Assembly: GCF_037042905.1 (NCBI RefSeq)
Contig: NC_087257.1
Span: 17,732,001 to 17,796,000, forward strand
Direction: 5' to 3'
Source of the DNA: Lytechinus pictus
Taxonomy: Eukaryota
DNA: 64,000 nt
Shown here: positions 37,675 to 50,785 of the stretch, piece by piece
How the letters are laid out: each line of letters starts with the position of its first letter
Position numbering within the stretch: the stretch's first letter is position 1
Position numbers and translations under genes: made by a program
Notes under the pieces: model-generated
Told to the model about the DNA's origin: nothing
The model's input: the letters and a program-made list of their open reading frames with translations, nothing else
Databases searched by the model: none

Positions 37675-37740
37675 TCAACCCATGGTTCTGTACTTCATTT
37701 ATCTACCTTGAGGATTTATTATTTCAAAATATTTACATAT

Positions 37741-38155
37741 GAAGAGTTTGGTTGCAAAAGGGGTTAGGTCCACTTTGGACCATTCCGAGAAAAACCATGT
37801 TTTTTATTCTCACTTATTGCAATATTCTTATGAGAAACTAAATTTTCATGATACCCTACCATGAAAACATAAAATTGGGTATAAAAGAAACCTACCTGTC
37901 TTTATATTTTTTGAAATATTATTTTCAAAAAAATCTGTGTGGACCTAATCCCTTTTGCAACCAAACTGAAATGGACCTAACCCCTTTTGGAAAAAAAGTG
38001 ATTTTTCTTTGCCATTTTGGTTCACTTTTTAATGGGAATTTCAACTTTTCTTTGGTATCATCTTATAGAGCTACTAAAAATCTACACATTGAGACAAGAA
38101 AAAAAATCAAATTTGTTGAAAAATGGACCTAACCCCTTTTGCAAGTGAGCCCTTC
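37741..38155. mobile_element. 415-bp MITE with 4-bp ATAT TSD (Sola-like)
   Basis: ATAT|GAAGAGTTTGGTTGCAAAAGGGGTTAGGTCCA ... TGGACCTAACCCCTTTTGCAAGTGAGCCCTTC|ATAT; two extra internal copies of the TGGACCTAA motif. Confidence 0.8.
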
Positions 38156-39974
38156 ATATATACATATTTAAATAGGTATAACTTTTTTAAGAGTCAAATG
38201 ATATAATACTTACAACAGGAATTACAACATATCAATAATTTTTCATGACTTCTTATACACAAAATTTTTCATGTCCGAAATGATTAAAATAATACTTCAA
38301 ATATGAAACAAATTCAACGATCAGTCTCTTATTGCCTTCGATTTAAATTTTAGGGTTGCATATGATGATTATAAACTATAAACTGTGAAACATTTATCGT
38401 CAAATTAATAAGATAAAATTTTGGGTGTTCTATTTTATATCAAATTAACAGTGTTTTCATAGTTATCTCCATTTCCTGTTTGAAAATAAAATAAATAATC
38501 CTGGATAATATTTTCCAATAACCTCTTATCTTTTTACAAAAAAACTTAAAATGGTCTCGATTTAATTACAAATTTCGCATTAATTTCTATGTTCATCTTT
38601 CCACCAGTACAAATTATAGCTAGAAGGTAATATTTTATATAATAGTTTCAAATTGAATTGCTGTTATATTTTATCTTTTTATATCTAAAATGAAGGACAT
38701 CTTTCCAAAGAAACTTTTCTGGCCATTTTAGCTATTTTCTCCAGATTTCCAAAGTAAAAAAAAAAACACTACATTTTCTTGTACAAACAACAAATACTAT
38801 TTTTTTTCGCTTTGGTGCAAGTTACATTAATACGTTCACAAACAGATGTATCGATTTCATCTTGTTCTGGCGAATCATTTTGATTCTCTTTTATCGTGCT
38901 CATTTTTCAAACCAATGAACAGGATTTTTTTTAATTTTGAAAATCAAAAAGTAAATATTAAATCATCAACATCAAGAAAATTTCTTTAAAAATGTGATGT
39001 CCTTACATTTACCTCTATTTATAACTTGTTTAACATATAAAATATCAGCTTCTTTCCATTCCTGAAAATTTAAAGGTTGCCCATTTATTGTAAAGTTACT
39101 ATTATTCCATTAAAAAAATCATGATATATATAGATTCTCAACATTCTGCTTATCTAAATAACGTAGTTCAGCCCTTGTATAAAGAAAGTCGATATAAGAA
39201 ATTGGTAAACGCTTTTTTCTACAAAGCTTGAACATGTGTTTTGGATGACAATTTATTTGAAAACAAGAGAGGATTTCTACTATGTAGCTTTTAAATAACA
39301 AAATGAGAAAAGTGTTCTCCAGACTGTATCATAAATATTGAAAAATGAATTTATGCAAGACAATATAATTTCATATCTAAATTCATTTAATTCTAAGCTT
39401 AAAAAATATATTTTCAACCATTCAACATCTTCATTTGATTCATCCCATTATTATATGTTTATTTAATCAATACAAGTCTTGAATTCTATAGTTCACTGTC
39501 CATAGGGACTGCCTCGACAGAACATTTGCTTTGTTCTTTTGCAGCTTCCCATTTCATGCTCATTTATATGCATAATACTGTTAATAGCCATGTACAATCT
39601 TAGCTTTATTATCGTATCTATGTATCTTTAATTTTTGTGTTTTTCATCGTTTTTATATGCTCAATGTATTAAAATGGACTTGAATAAATCAATAAATGAA
39701 AAGAAAATGAACGAAGACATATTAAACTGTTAAAGGCATACATTTAAATACGTCATATATTGCTGTCATAATTGTTATTACACAAATAAACAATCTCAGG
39801 TTTCTTTTTGTAAGTCTCAGCACCAGTACGCCGTATCATGAGGTGGCCACATGCACTTAAGCATAAATCATTATGATTACACGTCTCAATCTGAATTACC
39901 ACCACCATGAATATTGAGACATTGTAAAGCTGTGACGTCATGTTTACGATTATTAAGAGTCGACCAGTCCATTT

Positions 39975-40065
39975 CTTAAAGACATCTTATAGTTGTCAGT
40001 TTACTATCAGGGGAGATGAGGTCTTTGATGTAAGCCGGAGCGAGTCCTTGGAAGGCATTTAAAGG
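39975..40065 (-). mobile_element. Small L2-like LINE ORF2 C-terminal fragment
   Basis: AFQGLAPAYIKDLI resembles the L2 ORF2 motif AL.GLAP.Y..DLL. Confidence 0.4.
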
Positions 40066-40469
40066 CCTAAGTGGTATTAATTCATTGAGATGGTCAATGC
40101 GCTCAAGATCCAGTAATGAAGAGAACCAAGAATTGCTGTTCCTCAGTGCTGCACCCACACGATGGCCTCTGGTGGTGAATGATAACGATTAATGAATGAT
40201 GATAAATGACCATTTTCTCCATCGCCTAGGAATTTTGGGCTTATACCAGCCATTGCACCTTCCGGTCAAACATAAAATATATATTAATATCGATTAAAAT
40301 GATTTGCCATTGACATGATGAGGTGCTCTGCTCAAGATGGTTCAGAAATTCTACATCGAAATAATAAAAAGATAACCAAATTTAATCTGTGTTTTTTTTT
40401 CTCATTGAGGAGTCCACGGGGGCACCAGCTTATGCTCATGCACATAACCCTTTCTCTATTTTTCAATAT

Positions 40470-40568
40470 TTCCCCCTCTCTCTCATTCACCCACACCAAA
40501 ACAAATCTTCAGCCTCACTCCAGCGCACGCGCGCACACACACGAAGGAACCTATATCAACACACTTTC

Positions 40569-40599
<31 letters not shown>

Positions 40600-40672
40600 C
40601 CCTCACACACACACACACGTACCCACTCTCGCAAGCATTCCAAACACCCCCTCTCTCTCACACACTCTCTCT
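40470..40672. repeat. (CA)n/(CT)n compound microsatellite
   Basis: Visible dinucleotide runs; similar sequence resumes near 48635 after the transposon stack. Confidence 0.85.
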
Positions 40673-43600
40673 GGCCCGTATTCTGAAGTCGGGTTTAACT
40701 TAAACTCAGGTTTAAAGTTGTGGTTTAAGTATGGATAGCCAATTGTTACATAAATCACTAACAGTAGAGATATCATATTTCAGCTCATTCGGCTCTCAAA
40801 TCATTCATAATTGTCTAGGAAGTATATATAAATGATTGTCTTCACCATCGATGAATCAGGAAAGAGCACAGTAAACATAAGAAACATACAACTTAATAAA
40901 AAATTTGATACTCTTGGCTTGCCATACTTAAACCACAACTTTAAACCTGAGTCTAAGTTAAACCCATAGAGATGTATACTAGTAACGCTAGAGGGCGTAC
41001 TTCGTCAAATCGCTGTGATTACGTGGAGACCGTCCGCCATTGCTCGATAGGTATTCGCAGCCTGCTATGCGCGTACAGTACCTATGGGGCATGTACACGG
41101 ATGAGCACAGAACATGACAAATTGAGCACGAAAGCATATGGAAAAGCAAAATTGTAAATATTGCACTGGATTAAAGTTCAAATACAACAAAAATCTAGCA
41201 AAACTGAGGTCAAAAGGCCTATATAGGCCTATCTATAGCGCATAATATAGGCCGATCCAGCTATAATACAGGCAAACGATTTAAAGTCCCAATTGTTTTT
41301 GCTTAGGTAAAATTTCGATACATTAATATGACTTCTATTTTCTAATGATTTGGAAGAGATGAATATCAAAAATAACATTTAGACCTAGGTCCTGATAAAT
41401 AAATTTAATGTGTTTTAATATGATTTGATGTACATTAACCTAAGAAAATTCATAGGCCATATCACAGTGTCTGATGCATCTGAGACGCTGTATCGAAAAA
41501 AAACCACGATTGTATTTTTATAGTTCATAGTTTCCTAATTACTATTATGCTGATTGCTGATAATTTATTTCTTCACTTTAGATAATTGTTATAATTCATT
41601 TTCCATATATATCTACACAATAGGGCCTATAATAACTCGATCCCTTTTCCCCATGTCTTACACGCTGATGTAAACCAACATCACAAAAACTCGCGAATCA
41701 TAAAATGACTTTTTATTGATATTTGGAAATGATTTACGCATTGATTCAGTTAAAAATTGATGATTTAGATTTCCTTTGCTGGCAACCATCCCATCATATT
41801 TATAAATATGTATATAAAAGTATACTTTCTTACTTGCGATCAATGTATAGAAAAGTTTGTTGACAGCAAAATTTGCATATCAAATGCGCGCATGCAGTCG
41901 TACAATTTTGCAATGTACAGGAGGCCTAATGGGGGGTTGGATGTTTATGTACAGTGTTATTGCCTTGCAAACATTTTAAAACTTCGGAGAGTAAACAAAT
42001 CACAATGCGCAAAACAATTTTACTTTGATTTTCTGGAAAGTATAGACTTGATTCTCCCCGGCTGAAAATATGCTGATCGGCAAACTGGCTGAAATATTTT
42101 GTTTATCGCCGTTGTTTCTGATCCTATAATGATTGGACCAATATCATGTGAACAAATCAAGGATAGAATAATAAGGAGAGGAAGAAGGGGGAGAAGGAGA
42201 GAAGAAAAGGGGCGGGATTATGATATATAATTTGTATTATACTATAAAGAATATTATTACTACTGCAAGAGTGTATAAAACTAATATCATGAAAGACATC
42301 AATGCAAACTTATCATAATTATGAAAACGGTTGCAAAATTGTGAGTACTAAAACCAAACATAATTATGAAACAATAATATTGCAAAAGTGACAATACTTG
42401 GAATAAGATATTAAAAATCCTAATTTAATCTGAAATTTGATACCTGCCTTGAAATTGTGTTAATTAACTGTGTCTGTGTCGCTTGAATAAATGAACTTTA
42501 TGGCAAATATTTGTAAGCACTGGCACCGGCCTAACATATAAACAGATAAACACGCGTTTTGAATATCCAGTTTTGTTTTTCATTTTAAAAGTATAACTGA
42601 ATTTGATTTTCTAGTTTTCTTCCTTTAATGTCATTTGCTGGCCTATGGACCTGAGTTTGAGTATTCGATCGGTTTTTTTTAAATAAGATTTCCATGGATG
42701 AACAAAATTATTTTATTATGTTACGGCGTCGCGGAATGATTTTGAAAGTGATGGGGTGCATAAAATCACAATCATTTATTATGTGTAATGTTCATTTTCA
42801 TTTCAGGGAGGGGTCCGGTCGCGCCCCCTGTATTTTATTTTGATCAGTATGTTAAAGCGAATTTGCTTAGGTGTGTTTGTTATTTTAATTGCACACACGG
42901 CCCCTAAAAAGCGAATTAAAAAAATCTAACTTAAAGTGAAGGGAATTAAAACTGTCATTTTTTAAAAGTTTGAACAAATTAGGCTATATTCTCGACATTT
43001 TAAATCAATATTTTATTTTCGGGCCATATAGGCCTGCAGATTTTGGGGAATTTATTATGTTCCTATAAGAACAAAATCAGCACGTTCACCAAATAACACA
43101 AATTTCAACATTGATGGTGTAACGGGAGGCTCACCAAGAACAATAATGAGATGCCCTTTAATAGCGCATGTAGATCAAAACACTAACTTATACAGAATTA
43201 ATTGTACAACTTAATGTATAAAAATGATAGGCCTATATTTCATACAAATTAAAGCAAGTTACATATCATGTAGGCCTATATAGAAATTACAAAATTATAT
43301 CCAACATAAACATAGAATCAAAGGACGTAAATGTGGGAAGGATGGAAGGAGGACGATGCAGTTAAAGGTAGGGAAATCCAGAGAAGGGCTAATTCACTGC
43401 AGTCTTTTGAATTAATTGTCAATCTTTCTATTAATGTCCGCTGTATGTTTTTATTTTTATATGATTGTTTATATGATAGTATATCAACATTGTTATCTAT
43501 TACAGGCCTATAAACGGACAGGTAAATGCAAATTATTTAGAATTTCATCCCGAGAAATCAGGTTTTTAAAATGCCAAATTAATAGCATAATCCCCATGTA

Positions 43601-43889
43601 ATCACTCTAATAGTGTATTGAGATGCAATTTGTCATTCATATTTTCGATTTTTATGAGGTTGTGTTCTTTTCTTCAAGATAAAGGCCGGAGACGGCACCC
43701 CTTTTCACAGCGTTACAACGCACGAGCTATGGGTACATCCGGGTACTTTTGCGAATCTATACCTATCGAGCAATGGCCGCCACGCTCCACACAATCACAG
43801 ACGTTAAGTACGCGCGCCTATGGCGACTCCGCACTCTAGCGTAGTTAGTATACATCTCTATGGTTAAACCTGACTTCAGAATACGGGCC
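40673..43889. mobile_element. About 310-bp Harbinger-like MITE split by a nested insertion
   Basis: TCT|GGCCCGTATTCTGAAGTC ... GACTTCAGAATACGGGCC|TCT; about 60-bp TIR whose right copy is interrupted at GTTAAACC. Confidence 0.85.
40965..43862. mobile_element. 2.9-kb non-autonomous element with 8-bp TSD (P-element-like CATAGAG termini)
   Basis: GTTAAACC|CATAGAGATGTATACTA ... TAGTATACATCTCTATG|GTTAAACC. Subterminal inverted blocks CTGTGATT..GTGGAG and GCCATTGCTCGATAGGTAT. No transposase ORF. Confidence 0.9.
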
Positions 43890-43914
43890 TCTGTCTCTTA
43901 ACCTTGCTCTTAAC

Positions 43915-46900
43915 CAGGGGGGTGAAACTCCGCTTCTGCATCCGGTTAGACATGGGGAAATTTTGGAAGGTCAAAAGTGCACACTGCTCCCATTTTTCAC
44001 GTACAAGCCTATGGACACCGCAACTTCATGGCACACCAGCGAAACGGAGGCGTGGTCATAATTGGCCTGCGCGCACAGCGTAAAAATATGCAAATAAGTA
44101 TATTGTCACTAATCAGCATAATGCGCGACGTGATTGAATATGAAATGAATTCATAGAGCATGCGATTATGGTTGGTTAATTGGTTGGTTGGTAGATTATG
44201 TCATTCATTTCCCCCCATGTATTCATCTTTTATTGTTTACATATTTTTTTCTTATTATCCGTCGCAATTATTACTACATCAATTAATACAAATTTTTATT
44301 TGCAAGCTATTTCCCAGGAAGACATGGAATGGAAGCTTGCAAGGGATTCATTAATGGGGCTGAACTTAGGGATCTAATTGTTCTGTTCATCACTGCATAT
44401 AATTTATTTTCATTACACATCATGAAGATCCAGATCCATATTCCATGATTATTTGTATGTTTGTTTTGTGTGTTTTTTTTTTTTGGGGGGGGGGGTCGGC
44501 GGTTAAATGCTTAACTTACCAAAGATACCTGAGCAAGAGAGCAAATCAATCAGATGGTCATTTTGACTTTATTTTTAAATTGAAATGAACAGTCTAGTGC
44601 AAATCTTACAAAGATTTTTAAAAAAATCTGAGTTTGGGGTGGGAGCAAAAGACAGCCCAGTACCCCCCCCCCTGCATGAATTACCTCTCATCAAGGCTAT
44701 CTTATAAAGGTCCCTTCCAAACAAAATACAATTTTTGTACCTGCCCATCCCCCAAATCTCTATATCGATCCCCCCCTCTCTCTCTCTTCCACACACACAC
44801 ACATACCAGCATACCACATGATTGTGCGAGCAAACAATTATTCTCATGTCATTTTTATATCTATCCCACTCTTAAATCAAACTCATTTATCTCTTCAGGA
44901 AGAATATTTGATTTTGCTGCCCCTGATCACAGTATGCCATGTTGCAATGGCTTTTATGGGCTATCTTGCCATGCATGGTATTTTGATACTTTGATACTCT
45001 TACCTGTTGTATATACCGTCTAGTATTATACCTGACAAACAAAATCAATCAACCAACCAACCAACCCCAACCAATCCACCAATCATATTCCAGTCATATA
45101 GAAGTATTCATTATCATCACCATCATCTAAATAGTGCCATTTCATCACAACACAGTTTGGTAGCAATGACATCATCATCACATATATTTCATGCAATATG
45201 AATTGGATTAAATAAATCACAAATATCAAAATTATAAAGTATATTTCAAAATAAAATGTTTATTAAGGAATCAATTTTCAAATTCGTGATTAAAATATTC
45301 CTATCCTTTTTTTCTTGCCAAAGCATCACATAACATCAGCAAAATGCATATAATGAATACAACAGAAATTGCAAGCCTGTTACAAGGGAGGGGATGTAAT
45401 TTTTTTTGGTAAAATCTAGAGAAGAAAAAAATTATGTATTCACTTTCATAAGTATTGATAAGCCTTATATAGTCAATATAAGGGGGCATCAAGGATGTCA
45501 TTAAAGAAAAAGTAACGATATACCTCTCTCTCAAAGTCGGTTACTCAAATATCAAGTCATTTTTTCAGCATTTCAGGCATGTATGTTGATTGTTGAATAA
45601 CCCAGAGCTCAGTAATAATAATAACAATAATAATATAGGTATATTTACCAGGGTAGCCACTTCAGTTTCGAAAACTGTTCTACCAGCGGGCTCTGCTATT
45701 ATTATTAAATACCCATTCTAAATTTATTATATTACCAGAATACAACCTATCCTTTTCAAACTACTAATGTCATTAAAAGTTCTTTCATTACTATAAGTAT
45801 TACATTTAGATGATTAGAACATTAACAGATGTGTAGTTCAAGCAACAATCAATATGTATCAAGTTGACACATTAATTGAAATTAATTCTATATTTAAAAT
45901 GTGTAATTGCGATGAAGTAATACTTGTTATAAAACTTGGCCTACATATTTCTGCTCAATCTGCCCTTGTGATACTCAAACAGCCTGCAAAACCTGCATGG
46001 TAAACAAAAGAGAAAAGAACAAAATGAGCTGCTGATATAAATTATTCTTACTCTTCTAGTCCAGTTTATTAAGAAGTTTTAAACTTTTTATTACTCTTCC
46101 ATGCAATATTCTTTAGTTAATGCACATGTATAATTTTTTTACTATAGCCAGATAAAAATCATAGATCAGTATTTATAGATCATTCTTCATAGAACTTTTT
46201 ATGACTAAATGTGCAAACTCATTCAAATATATCATAAAATTACTCTCAATATTTTGTCCTTTTTTATTTGTCTACAGAGTAACTGGCTTTTAAAGTGATT
46301 TATGTATGACTAATATAGATAAAAGATATGGACAATAAGTATGCATTGATGATAATGGAAATACTGGTGAATCTGAATCTAAATAAATATGAACTCTCAA
46401 TTTAGCTTTACTATATGGGATAACACAATTCAGAAAAAAAAAGCTGCTATAGCCCCCCCCCCCCCACAAGGAAATAGGGGCCTTTTTAAACAAAAACAAG
46501 CATACCTTGGAAGTTTTCAGTTCAGATATCCTGTTCCTCATCAGATTGTAACTCTTGGTGATAAGCAAATGGTAGTTGACTTTGTACTTCTGACTGGGCT
46601 GGGACAGCTAAGAACTTGATCCCATTGGATCTGCCATTTAAAATACACACAATACTTTACAGTTTAGAATTTTAGAAGTGATAAACAAAATTCCTCTCTT
46701 TAATTTTTTTTTCTTCAAAATTTCCAGCTAGTCATATCCTCAGCCTATGAATAATCCCAACTAGAAAAAAAGCTGGTCTAGACCCAAAGCTTCTTTCTCT
46801 CTATATCATGTTCTACTGAAATAGGCATACCTGGCTGTTTCCACTGACCATCTTCATTGTTAACAAGAGTCAGTATTGGTTCAAGCATACGTGGCCTACT

Positions 46901-48622
46901 ATAGCGAAGCCTTTTGTCAATCTTCAAGATAATGTATATACACCAAGCCAATTTTGACAGATGTAGGATAATTATTATTTGTATGGTAATTTGGCTCTCG
47001 CTCATTCACCAGTGCGAGACAATTATTTATTTTCTTGCACTATAGTATAGACATGTGAATCTCTACGTCTAAGTGATTTCCTCTTTAAGTTTGATTTTGG
47101 TAAAAAAAAATAAAAATACAAAAAGGTTAGCTTGCTCGCAAGTTTAAACGACCCTTTACCTTTAACCATAAATACGGTCAAGTGAGGACAATAAAAATAA
47201 ATTGGATCAGCCCCTTTCTCTGCTTATTCTGATAAAATTAAAAATGGGGCACTTTAAATTTTCTCAACCCTTCCCATAAAAATTGCACACTCATGTTAGC
47301 CTATACGATAATACAGCAGTTTGAAACCTGTCAAAGAAATGTTGGCCCAAACAAAACATAAGAATCATTTAACTCTGTTATATTAGGCTAATCATAATTT
47401 AAGTCCAACGGTCCAGGCAGGGACTAGACTAATAAAGGGGTGAATCTTCCTAGAAAGTCAAACCAGACAGATCTAGAATTTCATTTTCAGAAATCTAGAT
47501 CTAAGTTAGACCTATCCCAGGGCCTTACTTAGTTACTTTTTAGTTTTAGTAAAAAAAAGACCAATGTTTAAATCTATCTCAAATCATTCCATGACCATGG
47601 CAGTATCTACCGATATCATTCCGAATAAAATAGATTTTAGGGGCCGAGCCCTAAGTTAGGCCTTACTTAGTAAGAAGGTGAAATAGCGGTGTAAAAAAAT
47701 CAGTAGGCCCAGGCCTAACTTTAAACTTCAACTCTAGCTTGTTTGTTACAAAGTCCCAACACCTACATCATGTACAACGGCAATTTCGCAGCCGGCTGGC
47801 ACTGGCGGTACCGAAGGCTGTATCCCGCTCTGACTATTTGGCTTAGATTTGATGCAGCTTTGCCGTTACTAAAGTTAAACAAGTCCACATCTACCCCTGA
47901 TAGTGATATTTGACAATAGAACTGAAATACAGATTTAATAAGGACGCACATGAAGCATTCCAATTAACCAACTAAGCTCTACGAAAAACTGCATTACTTT
48001 TTGAGAAAATATGTCAGTCAGATCTCAGATTTATTTGGGATCAGGAAAAAGAAATGGAAATATGGAAATTGGTTTGGTACGTAAGGCCCTGACTGCGACG
48101 CCGAACCCAAGCAAACACATTACAATTACAACTGAGATCAAAGCACGAAATTGAACTTAACTTACTTTTATTTGTATGGAATACCATTACTTTGATGTCG
48201 ATGTTCCCTCAAAGATTTTCTGCTCAACTGAATTTCACTCAGAAATCATGATTCCTGACACTAATTCTATAAACAGATAATTAGTCTTGCTACTGTATTT
48301 CAAAAAGTTGAATTTCGCAGAGTCAAAATGAACGACACTTCGCACAGATATCGTAGGGAATTGTGGGACGGGAAAAAATGTTTAATGCGTGAGGACATGA
48401 ATGAAACATTAGCGTGTTATCCAATCATACAAGTGCATTATGCGTATTTTGACGTCATTACTCATGAATTAAACATTGACCTTCCAAAATAAACCTTCAA
48501 ATTGGCCAAATGGCAGCCATGTTTGTTATGTACAAAACCTATGGAAAATAAAAAACGCGCGGAAAGAGTTCCCTCTCTAGCCCCATCGGGAGCTTACGTA
48601 TACGTAAGATCGTATCTCTGTG
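43915..48622. mobile_element. Probable 4.7-kb non-autonomous P/hAT-like element with a damaged left TIR
   Basis: CTCTTAAC on both sides (43907-43914, 48623-48630); CA...TG ends, the right end reading CACAGAGATA; perfect 15-bp subterminal inverted repeat ATTTTGGAAGGTCAA (43960-43974 / 48476-48490). Confidence 0.55.
45613..45706 (-). mobile_element. 3' fragment of the SINE family seen at 18802
   Basis: Reverse complement of AATAATAGCAG...AACAGTTTTCG.AACTGAAGTGGCTACCCTGG plus an (ATT)n tail. Confidence 0.85.
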
Positions 48623-48697
48623 CTCTTAACACCTTAACACACACACACGCGCGCGCACCCCACACGATCGCGCACGCATCTTGTATGTAGGCCTGTA

Positions 48698-49505
48698 GGG
48701 GAAGGCGTATGTATGTTAGAATTGATATGATTGATAATCTTGTAGAAATAAGTACCTTGCCTTAAAATTGAATTCTGAAATAATTTTCACCTATGTATAA
48801 CTTCCTACCCCGTCACTGAAAGTCATTGTTACCTTTGAAAAAAGCGATTTCAAATGGCTCATCTTGCCCCATCTGTGGGGTAAGTTGAGCCACAAAAACT
48901 TTGTACAAAATGTATAGGGGAAGAACCAGCATGTCAATTTTTTATTTATAGTCTTTTCACTTGCTAATTCTCTATAAATAATCACATCCTCTAAAAGGAA
49001 AATAACAGTCATGTAAATTTGCTAATTTCTGCCTGCATATCGATGGCTTTTTAAGGTTTTTTTTAAATATATATATATACATTACCATAAGAATTACCAT
49101 GGCTCAACTTGCCCCATGTTGGCTGACTTACCCCAGTCCGAACTTAATTCGATAATTTCGCATCCACACATTTCTTATAGATCCATCATGTAAAAGACTA
49201 TGACAAGAACGAAGATCCATACCTGGACTAACAATATTGTTCTTATTTCTTTATTATATTTAAAGACCTGTGTGGGTAAAAAGCACTTATCTTTTTCACA
49301 CCCTTTTTTACTTTTTTGGCTGAAATTTGTATTTTTCCCTCTAAAAGAGAACTTTTTGTTTCAAAGTTGAAAACAATGTGGTGGGGTTATGGGTTATGCA
49401 ATGGATCATCAATGCATGACACCACCACAATGTCTGACTCGTTCATTATTGGCCTGGGGCTGGTGGCTCAACTTGCCCCTATGCTCAACTTACCCCGCCT
49501 TCCCC
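48698..49505. mobile_element. TA-target pogo-like MITE built like 11197-12754
   Basis: TA|GGGGAAGGCG ... CGCCTTCCCC|TA; repeated GCTCAACTT(G/A)CCCC motifs. Confidence 0.7.
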
Positions 49506-50685
49506 TATGTATAGGATATAAAAGCGTTCTTTATATTTTAATTGACGCGAGACCTAGTACCATTATATACCATTATACAATTAATACCATCATATACAAC
49601 AGCATTTTTTTTCTAATTAAAAAATTGGCATACTTTATGATCTATGCCTGATTCTATTTTTTTTCCAAAGGACAACTCAGAACTAGTTGCTTGATAAAAA
49701 GCTATATATGCATTAAAATCAACATAAATTTATCAAACAGAAGGCTGGTAAAGACTTGCGATTGAAAGCGTTTACAATCGCCTCCAAAAAGGTACTACAC
49801 AAATATACATATATACATGGCGGCACCGGGGGGAGTCGATCACTGGCGGCATTTACCCCACCCCCAGTCAGGATCATTGCCTTCCCCCCAGAAATTTTGA
49901 AAAGTAAAAAAAAAATGCATTGTAAATGCTGTCATAAGCATCCTACTCAAGATGTCAAGTGCTCCAAAACAGCATTTTCACTTCAATTGTGAAAAATTTC
50001 TTATCTAGTCACTGTTAGCACCAAATTTTCAAGTCATTATATAACATTCAAAATTTGACTAAAAAATCCAGTGTTCAAGTCAATTTACACAAATTATTTG
50101 TCTCGTAATTTGAGTTTTCATTACTTGTTTTAGCGAAATACACATCCTGCATTTTCATGATGACTAAAAAGTGATGGAAATTAAAAAAATTTAGCTCGCG
50201 CTACGCGCTTTCATCAATTTAGTTAGATACCCATCCTGTTCATGGTTAAAAAGTGCTTATAACTTTTCACGCTCGATTTTGGGAAACAGGCAGCAAATTT
50301 CATGTCTGCCTTTGCTCCCGATGTTCTGTTGCCCCCTCCCCCATTTGGATCCCTAGTTTTAACATCCTGGTGCCGCCACTTATTTTTCTGTACATTGAAA
50401 ATATTATATATCATCAGATATTTATCATTACTCAACAGCATAATCTCTATCTTTATTTTTTCTTCAATGCAATTCAAATTTTTATTCATGCCATTATAAC
50501 CTATCGACTTAAAAACTGCTCTTGTCAGTCAAGGCTTAGTCATAAAGCCGATTTCATCAACTTTTTTCAATTCAACTGTATGTTGTTTTTTTCTTATTCT
50601 TTTGGCCGACTGTAAAAATTCATTTCCTCTGATGAACGTCAGAGAATTTTGTTTTTAGCAAGCATAAGTGATTATTGTATTGTCT

Positions 50686-50785
50686 GGTCACACTGGCGTA
50701 GAACCGACTGCAGATCGCACAAAATATCAGGTTATTTTCAAGAACATATCGTGCGGTTTAGAATCGGTTTCGTTTGCGTGACTGT
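50686..50785. mobile_element. About 100-bp hairpin MITE family (relatives near 57223-57323 and 58689-58783)
   Basis: GTCACAC...AACCGA ... TCGGTTTCGTT(T/G)G(C/T)GTGACT in three diverged copies. Confidence 0.55.

Noticed and set aside
35720-37700. Short inverted similarity around the Gypsy fragment (GTACAGGAACC / GGTTCTGTAC) as DIRS-like inverted ends
   Set aside because: Only about 10 imperfect bp, and the element has an aspartic protease and Gypsy-type RT.
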